64,000 nt of DNA from the human T2T-CHM13v2.0 reference genome, Homo sapiens: assembly GCF_009914755.1 (NCBI RefSeq), contig NC_060932.1; one strand, written 5' to 3'. This document shows, in pieces, positions 14,123 to 31,170 of this stretch. How positions within the stretch are numbered: the first letter of the stretch is position 1; each line of letters begins with the position of its first letter. Below the pieces are notes generated by a model that was not told the origin of the DNA, ran no database searches, and worked only from the letters and a program-made list of their open reading frames with translations. Position numbers and translations under genes: made by a program.

Positions 14123-14659
14123 TGTGGTATTATAAGCATTTTGTGCGCCCTCCACAAAGATGTTCACATTCGAATCTCCAGAACTTGCAAATATAACTGT
14201 TTACAGGGCAAAAGGGAATTAAGATTGCAGAGGGAATTAAGGTTACTAATAATCTGGCCTTAAAATTGGGAGGTTATCCTGGATTATGCAAATGTGCTCT
14301 GTGTAATCACAAGGGTTCCTGAAAGTAGATGAAGAGTGCAAAAGAGTCAGTGTCAGAGTAATGTTAGGTGAGAAAGACTCGGCCAGAGTTTGCTGGCTTT
14401 GAAGATGGAGGAAGGGAGCCAGTAGCCAAAGACTGAGGGTGAAGGTGAACTCTAGAAGCCAGAGAAGGCAAAGAAAGGGCTTCTCCTCTAGACCTTCCAG
14501 AAGGCATGCAGTCCTACTGATGCCTTGATTTTAGCCCATGAGACCAATGAGACCCATTTCAGACTTCTGATTTCTCAAACTATAAAGTAACACATTTTTG
14601 TTGTCTTGAGCCAGTAAGTTTGTGGCAATATGTTACAACAGCAATAGATGACTAATACT
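14123..14659 (+). mobile_element. MLT1D-like MaLR solo LTR
   Basis: TGTGGT start, gggaattaaggtt, ttgctggctttgaagatggagg, ttgattttagccc, end acagcaatagatgactaatac. Confidence 0.85.
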
Positions 14660-15209
14660 GAACCGTATCTTGGTTTCTCTTTGTATGCTCGGCATTCAGT
14701 AACTGTCTGTGATACACAAGCTCAAAAAATTAACTTATAAATGAACAAATATGGAACTTAAGATCCTAAAGATATGTATCATTTGTCCAGAAAATTGAGA
14801 TTGTGCCAGCATAGAAACACATGATCATTTACTTTTTCCATTCTATATTTAGATTTTCTTTCTTTTGTTTTTGTTTTGAAATATTCAGTCTTGAAAAATC
14901 AAACAAAGGTGATGCTATACCAAGATCCTAAAGAATACAAGCACATTTTATTTATAAATTGTTGACATTACAGAATCCATTAGCATTTATTTCTAAATAC
15001 CAATTATTGGAAGAGTAGTTGTTGTTTCATGTCATTATTTATATTTTGTGACAATCCTGCTTCCCAGTTAGATTTTAAGCCTTTAGAGGGCAGGGAGCTT
15101 GCCTTATGCCACATTGCGTCCCTGATTCCTGCAAAAATGACCAGTGAAATTTTCTTAAAGAGAACCTGCTATGGGTCAGAAAAGAGTTTATCTTGCCTTT
15201 GAGTTGAAG

Positions 15210-15400
15210 ACAGTGGTATGTAATAGCTACCTCACATTGACCCATGAGAGACCATCAGCGTATATTTAGGAATTTTGTGAACCAGTTGATGTTAGGAATT
15301 TCTAGGGCTTTTGTGAGCCAGTAGCTTGAAATTGGCCATGATGGGATTATTTACACCACAAAAATTGGCAAATAATACAAGTCAGCTTCTCATTTCAAGA
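15210..15400 (+). mobile_element. MER63A-like hAT relic, right TIR missing
   Basis: cagtggt start, ggaattttgtgaaccagttg, gtagcttgaaattggccatgatgggattatttacaccac. Confidence 0.7.
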
Positions 15401-15411
15401 GGCACATCTAC

Positions 15412-15539
15412 AAGGATTTCATGAAGTTCCACAAGTTTTTGCCTTGGAGCATTCCTGGGTTACTTACTTAATGGTTGCATTGTATTTGCTGCCTGAAGAC
15501 TGGGCTGTTGGAGTTGTCTTCAAAACTAGTCATTTATAT
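15412..15539 (+). repeat. 128-bp dispersed direct repeat, copy 1
   Basis: Ungapped match to 16994-17121 with 9 mismatches by manual alignment. Confidence 0.92.
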
Positions 15540-16384
15540 TTTCAGTTTTTAGCCACTTAACAGGAAACTGGACTGGTTTAAAGAATCCATGAGAGTATGA
15601 TGGATTAAAGTGGAGTCTGATCGACTTCATGAAAACACATTTGGAACAAATATCTCTATAATATTGAGGCAAGTTAAAATCCTTTATTTGAATAAGGATT
15701 TATTTCAAGTATTTCCACTCACTGTCCTATTTTAAAAGAATTCATCCTTAATGAAATAACTCTTCCAAACTAACTCTGGTATTGTCCTTTAAAACAATTT
15801 CATTAGGAGTAGTAACAGGAACAATAAATTAAACCACAAAACAGTTTCTTTTCAGCAAAAGTTAGAGTTGTTCCATTTAGTAGCTTATGGTTGTTGATTG
15901 ATTTCCAGATATATTATATATCTTCATGTAGCTCCCAGGAGAGTCATTTTCTTTAATGACTATTATTGTCCTTGTTTATTATCCTCTCAGCTCATTCTCA
16001 TCTGACTCTTTGTCAGAGAGAACTGCCACATTCCTAATTCTACTTAAATGAATAAAAAGCAAAGACCTAAAATCCAGTTCAAAAAGTATAAAGATTGTGT
16101 ATCTGGGAACTTTAGTGGTAAGTCCTATCATTAATATACTGTGTGCCCCGAGCAAATTAATTGATTTGTAATATAATATTGCCACTTCAAAAATGGAAAT
16201 TAAATAATTTCCTAAACAACTGTCTAATTTATTATTATTGAGCTATTTAGGAACATAGATTGTACTATGTTCATGCAGTAAGAAGAAAAAATAAAATGTA
16301 TATGCCCTCAAGATTTATATAATCAACTAAGGTAAATAAAATAAAAAATAATTAAACAAGTTGAAATAAGACAAGGGTAATAAT

Positions 16385-16555
16385 AGTGTATTTTGAAAAG
16401 AATGCAGATTTTGAAAGGTAGACAGGCCTAGGTTTAAATCCCAACATTATCATTCATGAGTGCATCAGCTTCGGTAAGTTTTGTTTCTTCAAAGTTTGGT
16501 ATTATGGATGAAACACCACATGTAAAGCACCGAGCACATAGTAAGCACTGAAAAA
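16385..16555 (+). mobile_element. MIR fragment
   Basis: cctaggtttaaatccc...tgtaaagcaccgagcacatagtaagcactg. Confidence 0.6.
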
Positions 16556-16993
16556 ATGGAAATTCCCATTAATATTACAATTCTAGACAAGACATATTTA
16601 AGACAAAATAAAATGGATTTAGAATTCTTATTAATGTGGTATAATAGAAAGTACAAGGAACCGGAAGGCAGGAGAGCAAGTTCTAAATCCTGTTTGTCCC
16701 TAAATAGCTGTTTAACCTCGAACAGATTAATTGATGATTTTAGGACTCCTTTTACTCTACAGTAAAGGCTTGTGTGGAAAGGAAAGGGGATTTGCTAGAT
16801 ATTTTGTAAGGTCTCTTTCATTGCTAAATATCTTATTTAGATTTATGTGTACCTTTATATAGAAATTTGATAAAAATAGTAGCCCAATATCAAAGGACAA
16901 ATGCTGATGACTAAAAATTATTATTACATGCTACTTTACATAACCCCTGCAGTTAACATGTTCTCACTCTTCCCTTGGCTTTTGCTGAGCACA

Positions 16994-17121
16994 AAGGATT
17001 TCATGCAGTTCCACAGGTTTTTGCCTTGGAGCTTTCCTGGGTCACTTCCTTGATGGTTGCATTGCATTTGCTGACTGAAGACTGGGCTATTGGAGTTGTC
17101 TTCAAAACTAGTCATTTATAT
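16994..17121 (+). repeat. 128-bp dispersed direct repeat, copy 2
   Basis: Matches copy 1 at 15412-15539. Confidence 0.92.
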
Positions 17122-20083
17122 ATTCATAACCTTTCTATTAGACTTCTACCTCCTGCCAAAATGAAGTGAGAGGGTCTATAGTATTACATCCTGCCTGAAA
17201 CAATTTTAAAAAGAGATAAAAATGTGTGAAACAACAGTTTTCAATATATTGGACAAAAGGTACTAAATGCTACTGATCCCTGAAATAGGAAACAAATGAG
17301 GTCAGTCCGAACAATGGCCAAGTTCACTAACTTGAGATAATTGGCAAAGTGTGATGCAGGCAGAAGGAAGACAGGTGGAGTTTGACAAATAACTTAAGTT
17401 GAGCAGATGGAGCTAAGAGTTAGGAGAGAAAAGGGCAGCTGGTGTTGACGGGACAGAGTTGGAAGAGGAGGTAGCTGTACAGAGAGAAACGCCAATGATC
17501 TCTGTATAGAGTCCTTCTCAATGATTCAACATGATTTTTATCAACATTCATGCATGAGGAAAAAACATGAGGCTGAGGGAAGAACCAACTGAAAGGATTC
17601 AAGGGAATAATACACGGAATCTCACAAGTATGGGAATAGTGTTTGTTCCCATGAGTAAGACTGGAAAACCTCATTAATTTATAGCACATTGAGTACAGCA
17701 CTTAGCAAAGTTCTGACTATGAAGTGGGGAGTAATTTTCTCTAAATATTGCTGAAATCCTGTGTAATAAACTTTTAGACAATAACTGCTCTACTGGAAAT
17801 AAATTCGGCAGCAAAAAAAGTGGCACCACCTTACCAAATCTGTCCCCCATTCCCAGGAAATGCTGTGAGTGGAGAGTCTGGACTTCCACCCTTCTAGGCT
17901 GTATTGAGACATCCATCACCACCACCACTAGAGTGGTGACAAATAAAACTGGAAACCCTCAGCAAAGAAACAGAAGATATGAAGATGAACCAAATAAATA
18001 TTATTCCTTAAAAATCTCAATGGATGAGTTCAATAGCAAAATGGAGAGAGAAGGGGAAAGAATCAATGAAGTGGAAGATAGAACAATGGAAATTACCAAT
18101 TCTGAACAACAGAAAGCAAATAGATTAAAATAAAATTGAACTGAGATTTCTGGACATGTGTGACTATAACAAAAGATCTAACATTCTCATCATTACATTT
18201 CTAGAATGAGAAGAGAAAGAGGGTGGGACTGATAATGTATTTGGAGAAATGATGGCTTAAAATTTCCCAAATTAGGCAAAAAAAAAACCCACATACAGAT
18301 TGAAGAAAAAGAACAAATCCCAAACAAGAGAAGCCCAAAGAAATATCATAGTGAAATTTCTGAAAATTAATGTTAAAGAAAAAAACAGACAGACATGATA
18401 AATTATATATAAAAGAAAACAATTTGAATGACGACAGATTTCTCATCAAAAGCCATGGAGTCCAGAAAATTGTAGCATAACATTTTTAGAGTGTTGAAAG
18501 CAAAAGAAGTGTCAACCTAAAAATCTATTTTCAGCAAAAATATTCAAAAATTAAACATAATGCAAGACATTCTGAGACAAAGAGAAACTAAAATACTTTG
18601 TTGCTAGTAGACCCAAACTATAGTAATGGTTGATGGAGGTTCTCTAAACAGAAATGAAATGACAAAAAATTGCCTTGAAACATCAGGAAGAAAGAGAGAC
18701 TATGGAAAGAACAAATATATAAAAAAATAAAAGAAACTTTTCTTTTCCTCTTGAGTTTTCTAAACTACAGTTGACAACGGAAGCAAAAATTATTTAACAC
18801 TACCTAATGCCTGACATGATTTTTGATACTATATGTAGAAGAAATATTTATAATAATTATAAGTGAGAGAGGAGACATAAAGTTTGCTCTACTTCACTCA
18901 AATCAGTAAAACATCAACATTAGTGGGCTTTGATAAATTATAAATATTTAATATAATACCTATGGAAATCAGTAAAAATCTATACACAGAGATACACTCA
19001 AAAATATTATAGATAGAATGGAATCCCAATAAAAATGTTCATATAACTGACAGAAAAATAGAACAAAAATGAGAAATGATAAATAGAATCAATAAACAGA
19101 AAACAATAAAGTGTCAGGTTTAAGCCTTAATATTTCAATAATTTCATGAAATGTAAATGGTTGAAATGCACCAATTAAAAGATATATAGGTATAGTAGAT
19201 ATAGAGAACATGACCCAACTAAATGCTATCTACAAGAGCCACTTCAAATATAGTGATATGGGTAGGCTCAAAGAAAATGGATGGAAAAAGATTCATCATG
19301 CAAGTATTAATTTTAAAAACAAAGCAGGAATGGCTATATTAATGTCAGATAAAGTAGACTTCAGAGCAAAGAAAATTATCAGAGGCAGAGAGGGACATTA
19401 TATAATGACAAAAAGATCAGCCCACAAACAAAGACTTGGCAGTCCTAGGTATGTAAGCACCCAAGTAACAGAGTTACAAGATAACTGAAATACAAACAGA
19501 AAAAAAAAGAAGAATAAATAGATAAATCTACAAATACAGTTAGAGGCTTCAACATTCTTCTCTCAAAAATTAAAAAAAAAACAACTAGACATAAAATCAG
19601 CAAAATTGAAGAATGTATAAATCAAAAAGTGGCTGAGGAATATCTCAATAGACTAGAGGTTTATTTTGCCAAAGTCAAGTACATGTCCAGGTAAAAGAAA
19701 CACAAGTCACTGTAGAGTCTGTGACCTGTGCTTTCTCCAAAGAGGGTTTTGGGAACTTCAGTATTTAAAGGGGAAAGAGCAAGCAGTAAGAGAAGAAAAG
19801 AAAAACAAGAAGGGAGGATAGGCAATGAGGCCAGTGGTTGCATTCTTTATTTTTATTTTTATTTATTTATTTATTATTATTATACTTTAAGTTTTAGGGT
19901 ACATGTGCACAACATGCAGGTTTGTTACATATGTATACATGTGCCATGTTGGTGTGCTGCACCCATTAACTCGTTATTTTGCATTAGGTATATCTCCTAA
20001 TGCTATCCCTTCCCCCTCCCCCCACCCCACAACAGTCCCTGATGTGTAATGTTCCCCTTCCTGTGTCCATGAGTTCTCATTGT

Positions 20084-23912
<3,829 letters not shown>

Positions 23913-23974
23913 TATGATTTTAGCTGGTTATTTTGCTCGTTAGTTGATGCAGTTTCTTCCTAGCTTGATGGTCT

Positions 23975-24989
23975 TTACAATTTGGCATGTTTTTGCAGTG
24001 GCTGGTACCGGTTGTTCCTTTCCATGTTTAGTGCTTCCTTCAGGAGCTCTTTTAGGGCAGGCCTGGTGGTGACAAAATCTCTCAGCATTTGCTTGTCTGT
24101 AAAGTATTTTATTTCTCCTTCACTTATGAAGCTTAGCTTGGCTGGATATGAAATTCTGGGTCTAAAATTCTTTTATTTAAGAATGTTGAATATTGGCTCC
24201 CACTCTCTTCTGACTTGTAGAGTTTTTGCCAAGAGATCAGCTGTGTCTGATTGGCTTCCCTTTGTGGGTAACCTGACCTTTCTCTCTGGCTGCCCTTAAC
24301 ATTTTTTCCTTCATTTCAACTTTGGTGAATCTGACAATTATGTGTCTTGGAGTTGCTCTTCTCGAGGAGTATCTTTGTGGTGTTCTCTGTATTTCCTGAA
24401 TTTGAATGTTGGCCTGCCTTGCTAGATTGGGGAAGTTCTCCTAGATAATATCCTGCAGAGTGTTTTCCAACTTGGTTCCATTCTCCCTGTCACTTTCAGG
24501 TACACCAATTAGATGTAGATTTGGTCTTTTCACATAGTCCCGTATTTCTTGGAGGCTTTGTTCATTTCTTTTTATTCTTTTTTCTCTAAACTTCTCTTCA
24601 CGCTTCATTTCATTCATTTCATTTTCCATCGCTGATACCCTTTCTTCCAGTTGATCGCATCAGTTACTGAGGCTTGTGCTTTCGTCACGTAGTTCTCGTG
24701 CCGTGGTTTTCAGCTCCATCAGGTCCTTTAAGGACTTCTCTGCATTGGTTATTCTAGTTATCCATTCGTCTAATTTTTTTTCAAAGTTTTTAACTTCTTC
24801 GCCATTGGTTCGAACTTCCTCCTTTAGCTCGGAGTAGTTTGATCTTCTGAAGCCTACCTCTCTCAACTTGTCAAAGTCATTCTCCATCCAGCTTTGTTCC
24901 TTTGCCAGTGAGGAGCTGCATTCCTTTGGAGGAGGAGAGGTGCTCTGATTTTTAGAGTTTCTGGTTTTTCTGCTCTGTTTTTTCCCCAT
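23975..24989 (-). pseudogene. L1 ORF1 (RNA-binding p40), disrupted
   Basis: MGKKQSRKT... with a TGA at 24660-24662. REKRIKRNEQSLQEI..YVKRPNL follows downstream. Further indels near 24245. Confidence 0.92.
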
Positions 24990-25564
24990 CTTTGTGGTTT
25001 TATCTACCTTTGGTCTTTGATGATGGTGATGTACAGTTGGGTTTTTGGTGTGTATATCCTTTCTGTTTGTTAGTTTTCCTTCTAACAGTCAGGACCCTCA
25101 GCTGCAGGTCTGTTGGAGTTTACTGGAGGTCCACTCCAGACCCTGTTTGCCTGGGTAACAGCAGCGGTGGCTGCAGAACAGCAGATATTGGTGAACCGCA
25201 AATGCTGCTGCCTGATCATTCCTCTGGAAGTTTTGTCTCAGAGGAGTACCCAGCTGTGTGAGGTGTCAGTCCGCCCCTACTGGGGGGTGCCTCCCAGTTA
25301 GGCTACTCGGGGGTCAGGCACCCACTTGAGGAGGCTGTCTGCTTATTCTCAGATCTCAAGCTGCGTGCTAGGAGAACCACTACTCTCTTCAAAGCTGTCA
25401 GACAGGGACATTTAAGCCTGCAGAGGTTATTGCTGTCTTTTGTTTGTCTGTGCCCTGCCCCCAGAGGTGGAGCCTACTGAGGCAGGCAGGCCTCCTTGAA
25501 CTGTGGTGGGCCCCACCCAGTTGGAGCTTCCCAGCCACTTTGTTTACCTACTCAAGCCTGAGCA

Positions 25565-25828
25565 ATGGCGGGCGCCCCTCCCCCAGCCTCGCTGCCACCT
25601 TGCAGTTTGATGTCAGACTGCTGTGCTAGCAATGAGTGATGCTCCATGCATGTAGGACCCTCGGAGCCATGTGTGGGATATAATCTCCTGGTGTGCTGTT
25701 TGATAAGCCCATTGGAAAAGCGCAGTATTAGGGTGGGAGTGACCCGATTTTCCAGGTGCCATCTGTCACCCCTTCCTTTGACTAGGAAAGGGAATTCCCT
25801 GGCCCCTTGTGCTTCCCAGGTGAGGTGA
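25565..25828 (+). pseudogene. L1 antisense ORF0, interrupted by a premature stop
   Basis: ATG at 25565 gives MAGAPPPASLPPCSLMSDCCASNE, then TGA (25637-25639). The in-frame remainder VGPSEP..EKRSIRVGVTRFSRC is in the ORF track. Confidence 0.85.
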
Positions 25829-26881
25829 TGCCTCGCCCTGCTTCGGCTCATGCATGGTGCACTGCACCCACTGTCCTGCACCCACTGTCCGGCACTCCCC
25901 AGTGAGATGAACCCGGTACGTCAGTTGGAAATGCAGAAATCACCTGTCTTCTGTGATGCTCATGCTGGGAGTTGTAGACTGGAGCTGTACCTATTTGGCC
26001 ATCTTGGCTCCACCACCCCCAGTTGCTGCATTCTTGTGAGGCTCTGATTAGTGTTCAGTGAATCTATATTTTACATGTGAAAAGCGGGAGTAAGGGAAAA
26101 AGTCAGTAATGAATTTGTCTCACATCCAATAAGTCTACATTTTACATTAGATAAAATGAGCATGTAAATTGCAGCTGTCTGTTTGGGAACAAACAGAAGG
26201 CAATTTTCTGCATGACTCAGTTCCCAAGCTTAAGTTTCCCTTTGGCATAGTGAGTGTGGGGTCCAAGAGTCTATATTTTTCTTTCACAAATGCAACATCA
26301 TCAACCAGCTTAACCTAATAAAAATTTTACAGACCATTCAAGAACAGCATAATACACATTCTCTTCAAGCACCCACGAACATATATGAAAATATTATAGA
26401 AATTTTTTAAAGTGTCAACTTAAAATTCTATACTCAGCAGATTTTTTTGAAAAATCAAAGGCCATATAGAGACTTTTCAGGTACACAAAACCTGAAAGAA
26501 TTCATTACCAGGAAACTTGCACTACAAGAAAGACTTTACCACCAGCAATCCTGCAATGCCAGAAATATTAAAGAAAATCTTTCAGATGGAAGGAATATAC
26601 TACCAGATGGAAATCTGGATGTTCACAAAAGAGTAAATGGTACAGGAAATGGCAGCTATATTAGCTAACAACTTTTTTCTCCTATAATTTCAATGTATTA
26701 CAAAGACAGTTATTTAAATAAAAGCAATAATGCATTGTGGGTCTTACAATGTTCATAAAATTAAAATGTAAGACAAAAATAGCACAGAGTGAGAGTGGAA
26801 GAAATAAAAGTATACACATATGAGTCCTGTACTATGAATTGGTGCAACATTACTTAAAGGTAGACTTAATAAGATGTATAA

Positions 26882-27070
26882 CACGTGTTGGCAAACTATA
26901 GCTCACAGATCAATCTGGCCCATAGCTTGTTTTTGCAAGGCTGATAAGCTGGTAATAGTTTTACATTTTTAAAAATTTAGTAAAAAAGAATATGTATCAG
27001 AGGCTGGATGTGGCCCACAAAGCCTAAAAATTATTATCTGGCCATTTACAGAAAAAGACTGCCAGCTCTC
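26882..27070 (+). mobile_element. MER58A-like hAT-Charlie MITE
   Basis: gttggcaaactatagc...tggcccacaaagcctaaaa...tggccatttacagaaaaagactgcc. Confidence 0.8.
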
Positions 27071-27619
27071 AATGTATATTAGAAACTCTAATGCAACCCC
27101 TAAAATAGCAACATGAAGAGTTACAGCTAACAAACCAACAAAAAAAAAGATTCAATGGAATAAGATTTGCTCAGGTGATCTGAAAGAAGGAAAAAGAATT
27201 TAAAAAGGAAAGGAGAAACAAACAAGAAATGGGACAAATTGAAAACTAACAGCAAGATGATAGTTTCACACCTAACCATAGCAGTAGTCACATTGAAAGT
27301 AAATGGTCTTAACACTCTAACTGAAGGACAGAAATTGTCAGGTAGCATTAAAATGCAAGAAAAATGCTACATATAGCAAATGAATTTTAAATATAAAAAT
27401 ACTACAAAATTGATAAAAGGGTGAAATAAGATATACTATGCTAACACTCCATGAAAACTGGAATAACTATATTAATGTCAGACAAGGTAAAATTCAAGAC
27501 TAAATTACAAAAAACGAAAGGGTATCTTACATACTATTCAAAAGATTAGTTAGTTAAGATGATATGACAATTGTAAACATTTATGCAGCTAATAATAGAG
27601 CTTCAAAATAAGTGAAACA

Positions 27620-27910
<291 letters not shown>

Positions 27911-28486
27911 AAGTGGAACAAAACTGATAGAACTTTCAGGAGAAATTGGAAAATTCACAACTATAGCTTGAGATTTCAGCACTCTCCTCTCAATAATTAA
28001 TAGGGTGAGTAAATAGAAAATCAGTAATAATATAGAGGAGAGTAATACTTTCTATAAAGTGAACATAATTGATAATTGTATAACATTTCATCCAGTGACA
28101 ACAGAATACATATTCTTTTCAAGTGAACACAAAACATTTTCCAAGATAATTAACATTCTGTGCCATAAAATGTTTTAATAAATTTAAAAGGATTCAAGTT
28201 ATATAAAGTATGTGCTTTGACCATAATGGAATTAAGCTAGAAATCAGTAACAGAAAGATCTCTGGAAAATTCTCAAATAGTTAGAAACTAAATAGCACAC
28301 TTCTAAATAACCCATAGGTCAAAGAAGAAATCAAAGGGACATTAAAAACTAATTTTGAGTGGAATGAAAATGACAATATAACATATATAAATCCACAAAT
28401 TGCACTAAACAGTAGTTAGTAAGAAATTTGTAAATTTGTATAGCCTATGTTCATAAAATATAAACTATTGCCTTTATTAGAAAAAA

Positions 28487-29327
28487 GAGAGTGTGATATT
28501 CCCCTTCCTGTGTCCATGTGATCTCATTGTTCAATTCCCACCTATGAGTGAGAATATGTGGTGTTTGGTTTTTTGTTCTTGCAATAGTTTACTGAGAATG
28601 ATGATTTCCAATTCCATCCATGTCCCTACAAAGGACATGAACTCATCATTTTTTATGGCTGCATAGTATTCCATGGTGTATATGTGCCACATTTTCTTAA
28701 TCCAGTCTATCATTGTTGGACATTTGGGTTGGTTCCAAGTCTTTGCTATTGTGAGTAATGCCACAATAAACATACATGTGCATGTGTCTTTATAGCAGCA
28801 TGATTTATAGTCCTTTGGGTATATACCCAGTAATGGGATGGCTGGGTCAAATGGTATTTCTAGTTCTAGATCCCTGAGGAATCACCACACTGACTTCCAC
28901 AATGGTTGAACTAGTTTACAGTCCCACCAACAGTGTAAAAGTGTTCCTATTTCTCCACATCCTCTCCAGCACCTGTTGTTTCCTGACTTTTTAATGATTG
29001 CCATTCTAACTGGTGTGAGATGGTATCTCATTGTGGTTTTGATTTGCATTTCTCTGATGGCCAGTGATGATGAGCATTTTTTCATGTGTTTTTCTGTTGT
29101 GGGGTGGGGGGAGGGGTGAGGGAGAGCATTGGGAGATATACATAATGCTAGATGACGAGTTAGTGGGTGCAGCGCACCAGCATGGCACATGTGTACATAT
29201 GTAACTAACCTGCACAATGTGCACATGTACCCTAAAACTTAAAGTATAATAAAAAAAAAGAAATATGTAAACAATAAACAAACAAAAAGTCTTAAAAATA
29301 AAATTATATTTGAGGGAAAAAAAGAGA
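28487..29327 (+). mobile_element. 5'-truncated, 5'-inverted L1PA2-like insertion with a probable 3' transduction
   Basis: Inverted ORF2 end and 3'UTR at 28487-29093. Sense 3'UTR at 29094-29259 with young-type variants (ttgggagata, gacgagttagtggg, cacaatgtg). Flanking aaaaaagaga on both sides. Confidence 0.92.
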
Positions 29328-30065
29328 AAAGAGAAAGATTTCAAATCAATGATCTGAAATTTTACCTTTGAAACTTAAAAAAAAATCAAACAAAATCCAA
29401 AGTAAGCAGAATAGAGGAAATAATGAAGAGCAGAGTGAAAAATAATGAAATTAAAAACTCAAAAAGAATAAATTACTGAAACTAATAGCTGTCACTTTGA
29501 AATAAAAAAATTGCTAAATTTCTAACCAGATAAATCAGGAAAAGAAGAAGGAAAGAATTCACCAATATCAGTCATGAAAGAGGTGACATCACTACATATT
29601 CTAGTTAGTAACATGATAAGTAATTATCATGAAGAATTTTGTGGCCATAATTTAGATAACTGAGATGAGATGGGCATGTTCACAAAGAGATATATAACCA
29701 GAGTCACCCTACATCTATGAATGACATTGAATTTGAAGTAAAAACATTTCCACAAGAAAAACTCAGAGCCTGGTTGGCTTCACTGCAGAATTCTATTAAA
29801 TGTTGAAGAAAGAAATAATTCCAATTTTACGTAAACTCTTCCAGACAATTGAAGACAAGACAGTACTTACCAACTCATTCTACATGGTCAGCATTATACT
29901 CAAGCCCAACAAAATTGTAAGAAAATACAGACCAATCTACTTCATAAATACAGAAGCAGAAATAACTTAAAAAAAGAAAATTGTTAAATGAATCCAACAA
30001 TATATAAAACAGGTGGGATAATTATTTTAAAATATCAATCAATGCAATTCACCATATTAACAAAC

Positions 30066-30078
30066 ATATATATATATT

Positions 30079-30110
<32 letters not shown>

Positions 30111-30118
30111 TATGTATA
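30066..30118. repeat. (TA)n(CA)n microsatellite
   Basis: Direct reading. Confidence 0.9.
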
Positions 30119-30396
30119 TGAATATCTCAACATATGCAGTAAAAATATTTGGCAAAACCCAAAATCCATTCCTGATGCTTTAAAAAAATCTCAGCAAGCT
30201 ATGAGTAGAAAGTAACTGCCTCAACCTGATAAAAACACCTACCAAAAAAATTTATTACATCTACCAACATACTTAATGATGATGGAAAGAGTGCTATCTC
30301 TCCATGATCATTAACAAAAGAAAGATATCTATTCTTTGCACTTATATTCAACATTGTGGTGGAGGTTCCAGCCAGTTCAATTAGGCAAAAGGAGAA

Positions 30397-30458
30397 AGGA
30401 AGGAAAGAAGGAAGGAAGGAAGGAAGGAAGGAAGGAAGGAAGGAAGGAAGGAAGGAAG
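30397..30458. repeat. (GGAA)n microsatellite
   Basis: About 12 consecutive GGAA units. Confidence 0.95.
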
Positions 30459-31170
30459 GGCAGGCATCCATATTGAAGAGAAAGAAACAAAATTGTCTTT
30501 ATTTGCAAATGACATAATTGTGTATAGAGAAAATGATGGAATATACCAAAAAAGCTACTAAAACTATTAAGTAAGTTTAGCAAAATAGCAAAACAAAAGG
30601 GTAAGATGCTGAAATAAATTGTATTTATATGTGCTAGGAATTAACAACTGGACATTGAAAGAAACACGATAACACATATAATATCATAAGATATAAAATG
30701 CTTAATGAAAATCTGAAAAAATATAAAAATATAAACAAAATGTATAAAATATGAAAGAACTATACATTGAAAACTATAAAATATTGCTGAGAGAAGCTAA
30801 ATAAGACCATGCCCCAGAAGACTCAATACTCTTAAGATGTTAATACTCCACCAAATTGATTTATAGATTTGATGCAATCTCAATTAAAATATCAGCTGTA
30901 TGTACATAGAAAATAACAAGAATAATCTAAAATTCACGGTGAATGAAAAGACCTAGGATAGACAGAACAACTTTGAAACAGAAGAACAAAGTTGAAAGAC
31001 TGCTACTATCTAATTTCAAGATGTATTATAAGCTATAGTAATCCAGACCATGTGATATTAGTATCCAAGATAGGCAAATAGGTTAATGGAACAGAGTAGA
31101 TAACCCAGAACTAGATCTGTATATATATTGACAGCTATTATATATTGTCAAGAAAAGTGCCAATGCAATT

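Noticed and set aside
16937-17115. Minus-strand ATG-initiated short ORF (MTSFEDNSNSP..) over duplication copy 2
   Set aside because: Under 60 codons, stopped early in copy 1, and no recognisable homolog.
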